NCBI RefSeq assembly: GCF_011386835.1
Contig: NC_088792.1
Span: 167,834,001-167,898,000, forward strand
Direction: 5' to 3'
Length of the DNA stretch: 64,000 nt
Origin: Chrysemys picta bellii
Taxonomy: Eukaryota
The stretch's first letter is position 1; each line of letters begins with the position of its first letter. Positions 25,283 through 38,717 of the stretch are shown piece after piece. The translations under genes were made by a program, and so were the position numbers. The notes beneath the pieces were generated by a model. It was not told the DNA's origin. It did not search any database and worked only from the letters and a program-made list of their open reading frames with translations.

Positions 25283-25603
25283 CAGTGGTTCTCAGCCTGT
25301 CTACTGTACCCCTTTCCAGTGTCGGATTTGTCTTGTGTACCGCCCAAGTTTCACCTCACTTAAAAGCTACTTGCTTACAAAAATCAGACATAAAAATACA
25401 AAAAAGTGTCACAGCACGCTATTACTGAAACATTGCTTACTTTCTCATGTTTTCCTGTATGAAATCTTAGTTTGTACTGACTTTGCTAGTGCTTTTTATG
25501 TAGCCTGTTGTAAAACGAGGCAAGTTTCTAGATGAGTTGATGTACCCTCAAAAGACCTCTGTGTACACCCAGGGATACACCCCCCCCCGGTAGAGAACCA
25601 CTA
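25283..25603. mobile_element. hAT (Charlie-like) MITE
   Basis: Termini cagtggttctc / gagaaccacta; no clear TSD. Confidence 0.65.
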
Positions 25604-27335
25604 TCTGATTACAGATACAAGCATACAGAATTAATTACCTAGGTCAAGTAACCTTTCCTATGTTTTTGTCTATATGTGTATAACTACACAAAGCCACCCA
25701 CACAGAGAAAGAGAGAAACCACACATTGTATTAGATTTTCTCAGTATTTCTAAATGTACTAGCATTTAATAATGCTGCTTATTTCACCTCAAAAGGTTAT
25801 TTGCCAAGGAGTAATGTTGTTCTTATTCTTCTGTAGATTTCCAAACTTTAACAAATATGAAATAAATACCTAAAAAGATAAAGTAATAAGTACTTTGGAA
25901 AGCAAATATACAAGTATTACATTAAATAATACTTCACACTTACCTTTAAAGAGCTTCAGAAACATTAATCAATCACTCTTCACAACACTTCCAGTAGGCA
26001 GGTAAGTCATTATCAACGGATTTAGAAACTGACACAGCAGGGTTAAGTAACTTGACCAAAGTTTCCAAGAGAATTATAATGTAAACTTCCACTAGAGCTT
26101 AATACTTCCTGGCTTTAATTGCTGTGTTTAGACCCCTAGAACACACTTGGTTGAACTGGATTGTATGTAGTCAATCTCTATGAACAATGTGCCTGGCTCA
26201 TCCCCACTTACTATTTGCTATTTAGAGCTGCCTACACTGAGGTTTTTAGGAAACTTTCACACCATCTGTAACCCTGCTGCAGGTTCATTTGCACTCACCA
26301 TTGTGGGCACACCAGTGAAGATTACCCACAGGTGTTTTTACCCCCCTGGGATCTAGCCCTACCTTGTGCTGGGTTACAGGACATGGTGGTTAAAAAGAGA
26401 AAACAGAAGCAGCTGGTCTACATTAGGGGTCATTCCATGGAGCTATATCATTGTTAGAGCAATGTAAGGAGACTTTCTCAAAAACCACAGCCTTCTAATA
26501 CAGCCAGTTAGTGCTGGTGTCAGAGAAATAAGGCCCTGATCTCATAAAGAGTGTTTGAACTAATAAATGAAGTACTGCTAATGTAGGTCTTATAATTTTT
26601 AATACTATATTTGCAATGGAGCTAAATTTTCAAGAGGCCTTCCTAATTTTTCCTTGTGTGCTATTGTATGGTCACCTACACCTCAATAATGTGTGTGCAA
26701 AATGCTACTCCTGGTGTAGGTGGTGTAATCTGACTTGATAGCATTCTAAATCCATTTTCACTGATGTAAGTGACTCCACAAAGTGAAAGCCATATCAGGC
26801 ACTGAGCCAACGTGAAGGACTATCCTTGTTCTTCACCAATTTGATGACTCATGCTCCCTCTGCCTATTGTGCTCAATAAACATCACTAAGAGAATGTACC
26901 ATTTCCCCTTAACAATAAGAAAAGAAAAACACAATGAGTACTTACCAGTTGGCAAAGAGAAGGATGCAAACATAAGATGATAAATACAAAATGGCCATTC
27001 AAGGACTACAGCTGCTATATTCTTATCAAAGAAGTTACTTTTAACTACTTTTTTGTCTGTATGTTGGTGAACCAGATATCTACTGGAGTCAAAGTAGTTA
27101 GGCTTTGATAGGAAAATCTCTTCTTCCTATGGAAATAAGAACCTTGTCTTCTGTCCTAGTGTTCTATTGGTCAGACATGTACCTGATGCTCTAGCCTTTG
27201 TTTTCATTAACATGTTGAGGCTGCTTCAGAAGGAACAGTTGAAACAACTGTAAGACCAGTTTGCACATGGAGGAGACCTGCTGCCTATAGGTCTCCTTGG
27301 TCCTGCTGGAAATGCTCAGCAGAGAATCTGCAAAA

Positions 27336-27534
27336 GGCCAAAATTTCCAAAAGTGACTCGTGATTTGGGGTGTTTCAATCATTCGGTCCCCAATTTGAAA
27401 GACCTTAAAGGGCCTGATTTTCAGAAGATTGGAGCTGAGCACTCTCCAAATATCAAGTCCCTTTATGGTGGCTAAGTCCATCACCTAAAAATTGAGGCAC
27501 ACAAAATCACTTGTCACTTTTGGAAATCTTAGCC
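27336..27534. mobile_element. Palindromic MITE
   Basis: Imperfect TIRs ggccaaaatttccaaaagtgac / gtcacttttggaaatcttagcc. Confidence 0.65.
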
Positions 27535-28629
27535 AGGACCTGTTGCTGGGGGGGCATAGGACACCAGAGATCACATAGAAGCACAAGGTATCCAGAGGTC
27601 CTGAGGCAGGCTGGACCTCCTGCTTCTTTAAAGCCAACTCAATGATTTTGCACTATATTGTCAAAGAAATGAGAGAGAAAAAGTCAACTCTCTAAAAGAG
27701 ATATGTAAGTACTGTGGTTGTTTATTGCATGTCTGAAAATGGGTGTACTATTCACACAGTGATGACAAAGCTGCAAATTTTCATGAAATGCAGCATGGGT
27801 TTGTTTGTTTTTCTGCAGCATTCATATCATTTCAAGGATCTTTTTTTCATCCTGCTGCAAAACTTTTGCAAATTGAAAGCCAGACCTTATTTCACCCACA
27901 TCTGCTGCTGTCTGACTAGCGGTATTGATTGAAGATAAAAGACACACGCACTAGATATATCCAGTTCTATAAGTACTACTGATTTGTTTTTCCATTCAAC
28001 ATAGTTGATTCCTATACTCTTTTAGCCTACTCTCTATCAAAGGACAGGCTAATGTTATTTAAAGGATTCCTCTTTTTTACATATTAGTCACATAACAGTC
28101 TCTATTTTAGTTTATGATGCATTTAGGAAACATTGCATCAGACAACACTGCTAACATTAGTAGGACAGATTCTGGTAGTTCCTGGTGCAAGGGCACAATG
28201 GTGTGACATGGATTGCACAAGAGTTTGGCTCTGCTGCACAGGGTTTGGCAAAAATCCTTTGGTAAATCCAGCTCCTTCTTCCTGCTAAAGCTATGCAGAG
28301 CTAACTCTCTGACAGGAAGCAGGATGGGATCAGGTGATAGTTGGGAAGTGCCATAGTCTGTGCCCCCGCCCCCCTTCACTGACCGGTATACAGAATGAAT
28401 TAGCACACTATACTCCCCATAAGGTGGTGGAGCTACTGCTCTGGTCTGCATATCCAAGCATCTCATTAACTCCTCCTGGGGACCCTACAACACTGCCCTC
28501 CAGTATGCAGACAGAATCTTGCCTAGCACATGCAGTCAAGTAGAATTGCATTGACTAAACACAAATATTATGTCTTGGATGGCACACTGTTTCTTAGGAA
28601 CAACAATTGCTTTATGATTAAAGTAGTGG

Positions 28630-28840
28630 GTGGTGACTCAGGTTCAAATCCCTTTTCTGCCTCAGACATTCTTGTTTGACCTTGGGCAAGTCACTTAATG
28701 ACTCTGCCTCAGTTTCCCTTTTGTACAATGGGAATAACATTTCCTCTGTCTATCTTGTCTACTTAGATTGTAGGCTTCTCAGGGCAGACACTGTGTATCA
28801 TGATGTGTATGTACCATGCCTCACACAATGGGATCTTTAG
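28630..28840 (+). mobile_element. MIR-like SINE
   Basis: B-box-like ggttcaaatcc, core gaccttgggcaagtcacttaa...tgcctcagtttccc, L2-type tail. Confidence 0.65.
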
Positions 28841-31597
28841 AAACAAAATAAAATATTATGAATAATAACATTATTTAAAAGCCAATTGGAATGTTGAAAA
28901 TATTTTAAGAGCACCATCACCATTTGATCCACTTATGAACCACTTCATGTTCTCATATCCAAAGATTTCCTGGTCATGTGATTGTCTCCCCACCCTCCCA
29001 CCCCAACAATTACCAAGGAAACTTGTTTTTATTTTTCTCACTGTTTTTTTTTTTTTACGTGTGTTTTCGCATTAGGCCTAGAGGAGCTCTAGCATGTGTT
29101 CAGGATCACTAGCGTTAAGTCAACAGGACTTCTCCTCGGGTCAGGAAATCCAGGCTAGCAGATCCTGAGGAAGGATATGGGGCTGTTGTTGTTCTGGTGC
29201 ATTGATTTATTTTCATAGCAGTTCTGTACCTTCTTCCTGCTGAGTGAACTGAGTAAAAAAATTCCTTTGAAAGACAACCATTGATGGCTGCAATGACATT
29301 GTGTGTTCAAGGTCTTGACAATGCACCTATCACTTTTGGGTTTTCATTCTCTCTTAGCCCTGTCCTGTGTCATGATTTCAGTGTGTATCTGGAATAAACC
29401 TGACACTACATCATAGGGATTTGTATTACCAAGGTCTCATAACATAGGTGAACATTGCAAAGATTAAACTTTCAACAAGATATCTGTTCTCTAAAAGAAA
29501 ATGATGCTTTCCTTATTTGTGGTTGTTATTTACAAAGGATAGAGAATGAAAGGAAAAGGCATTTGGGTTTCAGAGCTGTAAAAGCTAATTCACACAAGAA
29601 CATTATCAGGTGGCGCCTTTCAGATCTAACAGCTCATAAGTTCTAAAGTGGGCTAAAACTCAACCACTGCCATTTAAGTCCAAGTCCTTTATGGACAAGT
29701 CTGCAAGAGCACCTGAACAACTGAAATTTAGCCATTACCCAAACTACCTATCAAAGAATTCTTTAATACACATGAAAATCACATATTTGGAGACCTCCAT
29801 TTTCTCAGAAGAGCTGCAATACCTCCCTTTTGCTTCAGTGATTGCTGCTTCACCCCTTTCTCTCTCATAAAGGAGTAGTTCTGTTGAGGCCTTTTCTTTG
29901 TATCTGAAGTTGGTTTTAGTAGAAATAGGTAATTGTGTGCATGTGCAACTTCTAAGTGGTTTTCTATATATTTGTGCGTCCTGAACTGGTTAGGGCTCTG
30001 ATCACTGAAGGGCACTGTCCCTTTCTTATGGCCTTATAAGAACTGGACTTATACATCTGAGCAAGTATAGGACCAAATCCTCAACTGGTATAAATCATCC
30101 TACATCAGTTTATACCAGCTAAGGATGTGCCCCACAAGATTTATCAAGATATATAAATAGCATACGTTATATTCAAACTTTGATTACATCACCTTCTGCT
30201 GGTGTAACCCAGGAATGTGGTGGATTTTCCTCACCCAAATGACCCAGTTTTGCTAAATACCCAGAACCCCTGCTCCGCAAATTGGTATTGGCTAGAAAAG
30301 GGGCATGGCCAGGGCACCTAGTAGATGTGCTAATTCAGGTTATCCCCAGTGCAGTATCCTACTGTGCATCTCCTATGAGGTCTCAGATATAAATTAAAGT
30401 TGCCCTGGTAGAACCCAGCGGGAGGGCAGTGGATGGCAGGTTGCTGTCTTCTCCAGGTGATGCAGCTGTCATTGATGCATGGGGGCGATTTGCCTCATTC
30501 TTGCAACAGGGATGGTGGGGTCAGACAGACCTGCACACAGACACATATACGGAGCATTTACTTCTTGAATTAAACAGCCAGAGCAGAATGCCAGCATTTT
30601 TTTCCTAACAAAGGCTGAGCAATGGCCCTGCTGATTGAAATAACGGGGATATGTTTCCATTTGTTTCACTCAAAAAACAAAATCTAAAAAAGAAAAACTA
30701 TTAATTCAAGGGTGGATTCAAACCCACTCTACAGTACTCCAACAGCACATTTATATCAATGCCCTGTGTACTGCTCCCCAACTTACACTCCACGGCAGCA
30801 TGCCAAGCGTTCTACCCATTTGCTTTTCTACTATGAGAACAATTGGGGTTCACCAATTGCTGGGAATATGAATAACATTAATCATTAATAGGGATTAATG
30901 AATGTGTATCATAGATTTAATGTGTATGGCTTGGACCCAGTTTTGGGACAGTGAAGAAGCGGTTAGAGGGGAATAAGCTGTCATGTGAAATGCGGAAGTG
31001 AAACTGCTGCAAGAGTCTCTATTAAAATTGCTTAGGTACAGACTCATAATGGACATGTTTGCTGTGTTGGACCCAGACTTGTGACCAGTTGTGTATGTGT
31101 GTGTTTGCGTGCACGCGAACATACACACACACATATGCACAATCTATATGAATATGTGGTCACGAATGGCGAGGTCAGCAAGCGTCTAAAGAGGGGGGTC
31201 ACATCTGGCTCCAGAAGCTTTAGAATGCTGATGGTTGCTGACACACTTAGAAGTGCTGACCTGTCCTGCTAATCTGGGAGATTCTGTGTTTTTCTGGGAA
31301 ATAGCCATATCTAGATTCCTATTGGCCTGTATCAAATGTCTCCAAACTGGGCCCAATGTCAATTTGTCAAGGGACCATGAAGGAGATGCCATTGGGGGAA
31401 GTAACAGAGAAGCAAACACCAAAATATTACTTGCAAGTCCAAAACACCAGGGCATTGCTTCCTGAATTTCAAAGCCAAATCATCATCAAGCCAAAGTATC
31501 TGAGAGAGAGAGAGTGAGAATCATGGGAGCTTGGGATATGGAAGGATTAATGGCCAAGCTAAAAGGACCTGGGATGCGGTAACACTGAACAGCTCAA

Positions 31598-33029
31598 AAG
31601 AATAGCCATACTGAGTCAGACTGATGGTCCATCTAGCCCAGTATCCTGTCTTCTGACAGTAACTGGTGCCAGATGCTTCAAAGGAAATGAACAAAACAGG
31701 GCAATTATCGAGTGATCCATCCCCTTTTGTCCAGTCCCAGCTTCTAGCAGTTGTAGGTTTAGGGCAGCATTTCTCAAATGCAGCCACCGTGTCCACATGC
31801 AGCCACCAGGGGCTTTTCTTGCGGCCACAGCCTACTAGGCAGTGATGTGGGGGGGGGAAGCAGCCCCTCCCCAGGGCCGCCAGCAGAGGTTGGGCCGTGT
31901 TCCAACTCTGGAGCCACAAATGCTGGAGGAGCAGGCAATCCAGTTTGAGTTTCCCACCTCAGGCTTCCAGCTTCTGCCCTGGGTGATGGGCGGCAGGCTC
32001 TGGCCACATGGTAGCGGGTATCAGGCTCCAGCCATGGGGCTTTGGGCTCCAGCTCCAGGCTCACCCTACCCCACATTGTCCTTGGCCCCCACTGTGTCCT
32101 ATGGCCCGGGCTTTGGCTGTGCAGTGGCAGGCTCCCTGGCTGCAGGGCTTTGGATTTCGGGTTCCGGCCCAGGGCTCGCCACCCGCCCACCCCCCTTGCC
32201 CCTGGCCCTTGCTGCCTCCCTACCCACCTCCCCATCTATGGTTTAATTTGTCCCTCAGCTTGCCGGGATTGAGTAAATCTACTGTGAAAAGTGATATTTG
32301 TATGTTTGTTAATATAGCTTTTCATTGCCTCCCCACTAGCTAGCAAGTCGGCTTCTGTGAAAAGAGATATTAACAAACATACAAATATCACTTTTCACAG
32401 CAGCAGACTTACTAGTTAGCAAATCTACTAAAGAGAGAGCAACCAAAAAGTGAAAGAAGCAAAAACAAAAGACAAGAACATGCGAAGCACCTTATTTGTG
32501 TTTCTATTCTGTTTTGGTCCAGTAAAGAATAGAGACAACTGTACTTTATTTTTAAGTTTGCAAAAAAAACCCACAATCCTACATAAAGAAATTACAATGA
32601 TTTGAACAATATATGTGCTACTTGTTTAGGAAAAACAAATGTAATTAGGTATTTTAGGAAAAATTGTCAGAGTGGTCACTAGCAAGAGTTGGTGGCTGCA
32701 CTCTGAGGCCACCAAAAATTTGTTGTGAGAACCCCTGGTTTAGGGACACCCAGAGCATGGGTTTGCATCCTGACAATCTTGCCTAATAGCCATTGATTCC
32801 TCTATCCTCCATGAATTTACCAGTTTCTTTATTGAATCATTACACTTTGGGCCCCTCGCAACAATTTCCACAGATTATGCACTGTATAAAGAAGTATTTC
32901 CTCATGGTTGTTTTAAACCTACTGTCTACTAATTTCATCAGGTGACCTCTGATTCTTGTGTTATGTGAAGGGGTAAATAACACTTCCTTACTCACTTTCT
33001 CCAGACCATTCATGATTTTACAGACATCT
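31598..33029 (-). mobile_element. CR1 LINE 3' fragment interrupted by a hAT element
   Basis: Reverse complement of the CR1 tail (gtcagactgatggtccatctagcccagtatcctgtc) at left and ORF2-like cattcatgattttacagac at right. Confidence 0.8.
31765..32737. mobile_element. hAT non-autonomous element (973 bp)
   Basis: Termini cagcatttctcaa / gtgagaacccctg; perfect 8-bp TSD GTTTAGGG (31757-31764, 32738-32745). Confidence 0.9.
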
Positions 33030-33413
33030 GAATGGTGTGGAAAAAATGAATAAGGAACTCATAAAGCCTACTCCTTCCGAAGTCCTGTTTAAGGGCGACC
33101 ACTCAGTCAGCTGTGGTTAAAGCAAAGGGGAGATGGGAGGAGCACCAGACTGGTCTGGTGAGAACTCCACTCCATGTTTCAATCTCCTTTAACACAGCTG
33201 TAAATACCACCTGAGATGAAACCTGCTGAAACAAGCTGAACTTGTTATCTTCAGAACCAGCCACTGAAAGTCTGAGCTGAGGAATCCATTCCCATGCCAG
33301 CTATCCATGATGAATGCCAGTGACTCCGGTGCATATACTTTCTTTCATTAGGTGATGGCTCCATTAATTAAATACTTCCTAGGAAGTATGTAAATATGTG
33401 CATATATCTATAG

Positions 33414-33724
33414 CAGGGGTAGGCAACCTATGGCACGCGTGCCGAAGGCGCCACATGAGCTGATTTTCAGTGGCACTCACACTGCCCGGGTCCTGGCCAC
33501 CGGTCCGGGGGGCTCTGCATTTTAGTTTAATTTTAAATGAAGATTCTTAAACATTTTAAAAACCTTATTTACTTTACATACAACAATAGTTTAGTTATAT
33601 ATTATAGACTTAGACAGAGAGGCCTTCTAAAAACATTAAAATGTATTACTGGCACGCAAAACCTTAAATTAGAATGAATAAATGAAGACTCGGCACACCA
33701 CTTCTGAAAGGTTGCTGACCCCTG
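33414..33724. mobile_element. hAT MITE
   Basis: TIRs caggggtaggcaacct / aggttgctgacccctg; perfect TSD ATCTATAG (33406-33413, 33725-33732). Confidence 0.92.
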
Positions 33725-33850
33725 ATCTATAGCATAGGTAGTTTAAAGACATTATCTATATATGTAAGGTTTCACAGTTGATGTATTGGTATGCGTGTAA
33801 ATTAAAAGATTGTTTATGAATATCATTAGGGAGAGGTAATTTTGAATTAA

Positions 33851-33922
33851 GTTTCAGAGTAGCAGCCGTGTTAGTCTGTATCCGCAAAAAGAACAGGAGT
33901 ACTTGTGGCACCTTAGAGACTT
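33851..33922 (-). mobile_element. PLE 3' tail fragment
   Basis: gtttcagagtagcagccgtgttagtctgtatccgcaaaaagaacaggagtacttgtggcaccttagagac, followed by a small foldback (agagac-tta-gtctct). Confidence 0.85.
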
Positions 33923-35664
33923 AGTCTCTTTTTTTTAATTAAGTTGGCATTTTTAGCAATTAAGTAATTGTCTAAGGTTTCGATCCTACATGTTACGCAT
34001 GTGCTTAACTTTAAGTGTGTGCGTAGTCTCTCTGAAGACTGTACTCCATGTGCAGTGACACTGCATTCATGAGAGTGCTCCCACCAATTTTTAGATTTCT
34101 GGATTTTCAGGGTTTAGGCACCTACCTCCTTTAAGGCACCTATGAAAATCCCAGCTTCACTTACTATACATTTGTTCTCACAGAGCAAATCCAGTTGTTT
34201 CAGATAGTCATATCAGATAGTTCTGCACTAATATTTTAGCTAATTAATACACTGAGTTCCCAAACACCTGATCAGCTGGAGGTTGAGAAAGGGTCACTTT
34301 AAATGTCTTGCTTATTGTTTTGTTGTCTGTTTTTGTATTATTTTGAAAAAAAAATAAGGAAAACAGAGAAAGGATCATGTGACTTATATTTTCTTACAAC
34401 ACCCACAAAGCAAAATATTTTTCTGCTTGAATGACTGATTTTTGGATTAAAGAAACAATAAACAAAAGTAAGTATAACTATAAAATCTCATGAGGAAAAG
34501 AAAGTCAGAATACAGTGACTGGAACATTCTGCATTGGAACTGAAAGACAAAATGTCAGCTGCCTCACAACCACCAGCATTGATACTCATCTGTATTTAAA
34601 AGTGCAGCATAGAGAACAGAGAATGATCACATCTTACTTCAGTTACTTAGCGAGTTACATCACTATGACCTGGTCTGTAAGAGAGCACTAGCACCTGATA
34701 AATCTGAAACTATAGCTTCTCTAGGGCAAAAAGCCTCTGGATTTAAGTTACTTAAATAGATTCCACGTGTGAGGCCTGATTCTAAAGGTACTGCTGAGTA
34801 CTTGCCACTAATACAGAAGTCAATAGGGGCTGAGATATACAAAGTATAGATAGCTAGATAGATCCTTTCAGGATCATACCCTTACTGCAGCATTTCTGGC
34901 ACATCTCAGCTGGGAAAAATAAAAAGCTGTATTTCACAGCTGTGATATCATCCTCACAAGCTATATTTCACCAAGAGCTGCTATAAAACCTCTCCCATGA
35001 CATCACAGCTGTGAAATATAACTGGCTTCAAGTGCAGAAAACTCCCCCTCAGGAATAATTGTTTCCTGGCAATTGACCGAGGACTGTTCCTTTAAATGGC
35101 TGGTGTGAGCCCTGTCCATGTTGTTCTGCCCCTGCCAGCACTGCTGAGGAAGTGTTATGTACAGGAGCATGGAGATAATGCCCCTCTGCAGGATTTGTCC
35201 ACAGGGGTAATGAAAAGAATGATGGGGATGCCTGACAAAATGATGATTTCCACTATCCTGTGCCCCAGTGGCACATCCAGACTGCACTAATGGCTAAATA
35301 ATAGGTTTACTCATATGCTGTGCTCCATATCTCAGACCCTTCCTCCCCACTAAGGGGACCCATGTGCACACAGCCAGATCTAACTTATCATCAGTCATTT
35401 TACATCTGCACTCGGAGCAAATATCATGACAAGCATGCTTGCCAGAGCTGCAAACAGCCACGGTACTAATTAACTCACCTGTGGAATTTGCAATCGCACT
35501 CTAAAGCTTGCTGCCAGGAAGACTCCTGACCAGAAAATGAGAATTGCAAATGCCGTGGGAGATGGAATATTCTATCTCATACCACACCGGAGAAATGGAC
35601 CAAACTCAGAGGTCGTGCATGAGTAGGAGTGTACATTGGAACAGTGGTGAGTAGGGGGAGTCTT

Positions 35665-35948
35665 AGGGTATATCTGCACTGCAGTCAATGGGGTGATTAT
35701 AGCTCAGGTAGGCATACTAACACCAGCTTTAATCTAGCTAGTGCACCTAAAAATAGGAGTGACACTGTGGTGGCCAAGGCTTAAGCACAGGCTATACAGG
35801 CCCACCCAGAATGCTGGGAACATACTTGCAATCTTAGTATGCACTGAAGCCCGTGCTGCCATGTCTTCTCTGCTATTTTAGCCATTCTAGGTAGATTAAA
35901 GGTACCTGAGCTGCAATCACACCTTCAGCGGCAGCATAGATATATCTA
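35665..35948. mobile_element. Old PIF/Harbinger-like MITE
   Basis: Degenerate termini tagggtatatctgcactgc / gcagcatagatatatcta. Confidence 0.55.
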
Positions 35949-36558
35949 AAGTGAGTCTAGAGGGCATTTAAGGTGGTGTAACATACACATTGTGCGGACT
36001 GGAAGAAGGTATAAGTTATACCAGTTTCAGTCTCTGTCTGTCTGCCTAGCTTCCTGCCTCGGTATTTATATTAGTATTGCACTTACCATTATACATTCAA
36101 ATGCCTTACATTCCAGAACTTAAGACACATGATTATTTCTCTTTCTCACTGTCTATTCCTCCAATCAGTGGGACATCTCTCTTTGCAATTGGAGAGAGGG
36201 TACATATGTTCAGCAGGTATGTTTTCTGATTGCTACATCTGTGATTGATGGGGCAAATTCAGCCCAGGCCTAAGTAGACAATTCCCATGGACAGCAGGGC
36301 TGAAGTGTTCCTGTTTGTCTAATGAATGTTAATGAGAGTTAAATGCAAAAATCCCCTATGCATCAAGAGGGGACTAGACACTGCGTCTCAGTATCAAACA
36401 TTCCCTTTTCATTCCTCCTGTTAAAAATGTCTTAGCACAACACAGACTTTTCACAGGTTAACTATTTATTGTATGTTACCTTGCAGAGCAGTAAAAGGGC
36501 ATTATTTTAAACAGGCTTGCTCCATTACCAGATATTCCTCTAAAATAGCTAAATGGTA

Positions 36559-36591
<33 letters not shown>

Positions 36592-38142
36592 AGGGTTTAA
36601 TCAAAAAGAAATGTAAGAGGTTTGGGGTTATTTTGTGAAGTTTATAGAATAGTGACAGACTGAAAACAGTGGCTAACACCAAACATAGTGCATGGTTTCC
36701 CATCCAACTCAGTTACTGCATCTCAAGGACCAAATTCTGCCTGACTTACATTTTTGGAAGCAAAGAGACTTCAATTCAGGGCAGCATCTGATCCTTAATA
36801 GATGTCATTTCCTGAATAGAGCTTTGTGAAATATTTACAACAAAACCCCAAATCCTTATTCTCTCCTTGTTTTAGATTTTGATACAATATTGAACCATCA
36901 TCATAAAAACCTTTCTTTGCAAACATTTTGAGAGATGATACACTGAATTTTAAGCAAACTCAGAATGATTTGTGGTTTTGTATTGAGACTGAACAAAATA
37001 AATTATTGCAGTTTCTTTGTGAAACTCAGCCATTTCATCCACATTTTGTTCAGGATTTGTTTGGGCTCGAACTAGGCAAATTAGGCACTACAAAAAACAT
37101 TTTGTAGGAAAGGTCTTTCTCATTTGTGTTCAGTATTCCTAAATGTTCCCTGTTCATTACTCATGTCACACAATATCATTTCTGCTCCCGGATTGGATGG
37201 TCTGAAACTTTTAAAAAAATAAAAAAGGCAAATTGCAAATAACAAACTTGTGGAACACATTTTTGGGGAACACGTATTTATTCATGCTGAAATTCATGAA
37301 CTTTGTAGGGTTTGTGATAATTTTCACAACTACTCAGTGGGTGGCCAACTAAGGAATAACAAGGATAATACCACAATCATAGTGAACCATCTCCATGCTT
37401 TTATTCATAGATAGATATAGGTATTTAACTATTTAACTAGCTCTAGTTTGGACCTAAAACTCAAAATGAAACTTAGGCAATTAAATACCTGGTAAATCAA
37501 AATATTCAGCAAATGCCCTGAAAAGCAAAATCACTGAGTTTCACACATGTCTAGTACTCAGGAGAGATTGACAACTGTGCCAACTTATCCAACTAACCTT
37601 TTCACCTGGTCTGGCGCCCTGGGGTGAAATCTGGCACAACTGAAGTGAATGGCTCCCATTGACTTTAATGTGACCGGGATTTCACCTCTAATATAGTAAT
37701 TCTATCCTAATCAGGTTCTTCAAACACATCCATCACCACGGTTTCTGTACCCCTTCCAGTAGTATATTTTGTGATGTAACCAGTACATCTCACATGCTGT
37801 GTGATCTGACCAAGACCACCAAAATCAGCTGAATCCTGAAATCCAGACATGAAAGAGACAGTGAAGTAACCCACGTCAGCTCATCAAGACAATAACCCCA
37901 AACTAGTATTTTTAAGTAATGGAAGAAAGAGAGAAAATAAGTAGCAGAGCGGCTTCCTCCTACTCAGCTCAGATATTACATTTGGTTTATTTGAAGGACC
38001 ACTTGCAGCATTTTAGAACTGAAAGCAGCTTAGAGCTTTTCAGCAATTACAATTACCGATCTACCTTTTTGGCTTATTTGCTCTAGCTCTGAATGTTAAG
38101 TACCTCTGCAAATGCTTGATATGTTGTCATTTTTCCTTCCAG

Positions 38143-38268
38143 AGATCCTTTGAGACTGCAAAGAACATTAAAAAAGGAAGAAGGAATGAACCTGGATTCT
38201 GTGCAGTAAAGTAGATTGCTTTGAGGCCAAGAAAGAAATCACTGCGTAGACCTGTTTGTGCTGTCATG
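38143..38268 (+). other. CDH6: 5'UTR portion of CDH6 exon 2, with splice acceptor at 38141-38142
   Basis: Polypyrimidine tract ttttccttcc then AG at 38141-38142. The following AGATCC...GCAAAGAACATTAA...GGAAGAAGGAATGA resembles my recollection of the human CDH6 exon 2 UTR. Confidence 0.75.
38186..38209 (+). promoter_or_regulatory. Upstream ORF (MNLDSVQ*) in the CDH6 5'UTR
   Basis: ATG AAC CTG GAT TCT GTG CAG TAA read directly; G at -3; out of frame with the main ATG; ends 59 nt before 38269. Confidence 0.6.
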
Positions 38269-38496
38269 ATGATAACTTACCATTGCTTCTGGCTGCTGTT
38301 CTGGGTTGGTCAGCCTCACCAAAGTTTTTCATCTCCATTATCCAAAAGGACTAGGGGCTTTCCGGAAAAGGAAAAGGTTTTGGAACTGTCTGGAAATAAC
38401 AGGAAGGAGTTTACTCGTTCCAAAAGGAGCTGGATGTGGAATCAGTTCTTTCTCTTGGAGGAATACACAGGCTCTGATTATCAATATGTTGGAAAG
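38269..38496 (+). CDS. CDH6: Cadherin-6 (K-cadherin), first coding exon: signal peptide, prodomain and start of EC1
   Basis: Translates to [76 protein letters not shown] (76 codons), then GT donor at 38497 (AAG|gtagga). The RSKR furin site ends at residue 53, followed by the type II SWMW strand-swap motif. WVGQP, LELSGN and RSKRSWMW match CDH6 rather than CDH9 or CDH10 (recalled sequences). An in-frame ATG at 38266 is an alternative start. Confidence 0.95.
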
Positions 38497-38628
38497 GTAG
38501 GAGTCTTTTATACAAAATTATGTTCTGATTTTTGAAAGTTTTAGGAAGCCAGTTGTTGTGAATGGGCAGGAATGATGCACGGTACATTTCCAGGTGCTGC
38601 TTCTTCTCTGATCACTTTGTTATGATGG

Positions 38629-38717
38629 GTTTCACAGTAGCAGCCGTGTTAGTCTGTATCCGCAAAAAGAACAGGAGTACTTGTGGCACCTTAGAGACTA
38701 ACAAATTTATTAGAGCA
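38629..38717 (-). mobile_element. PLE 3' tail fragment, 132 bp into CDH6 intron 2
   Basis: gtttcacagtagcagccgtgttagtctgtatccgc...acaaatttattagagca; stops at the hammerhead stem I strand. Confidence 0.88.

Noticed and set aside
31774-32343. Overlapping Pro/Gly/Ala-rich ORFs
   Set aside because: Inside the hAT element 31765-32737.
1-38142. CDH6 exon 1/promoter
   Set aside because: No non-repeat CpG island or recognisable exon 1 sequence; the GC-rich patches are MITEs.
38221-38535. ORF-track 104-aa ORF starting at TTG 38221 and running past 38496
   Set aside because: The real CDS begins at ATG 38266/38269 and is spliced at GT 38497; the extensions are UTR and intron read-through.
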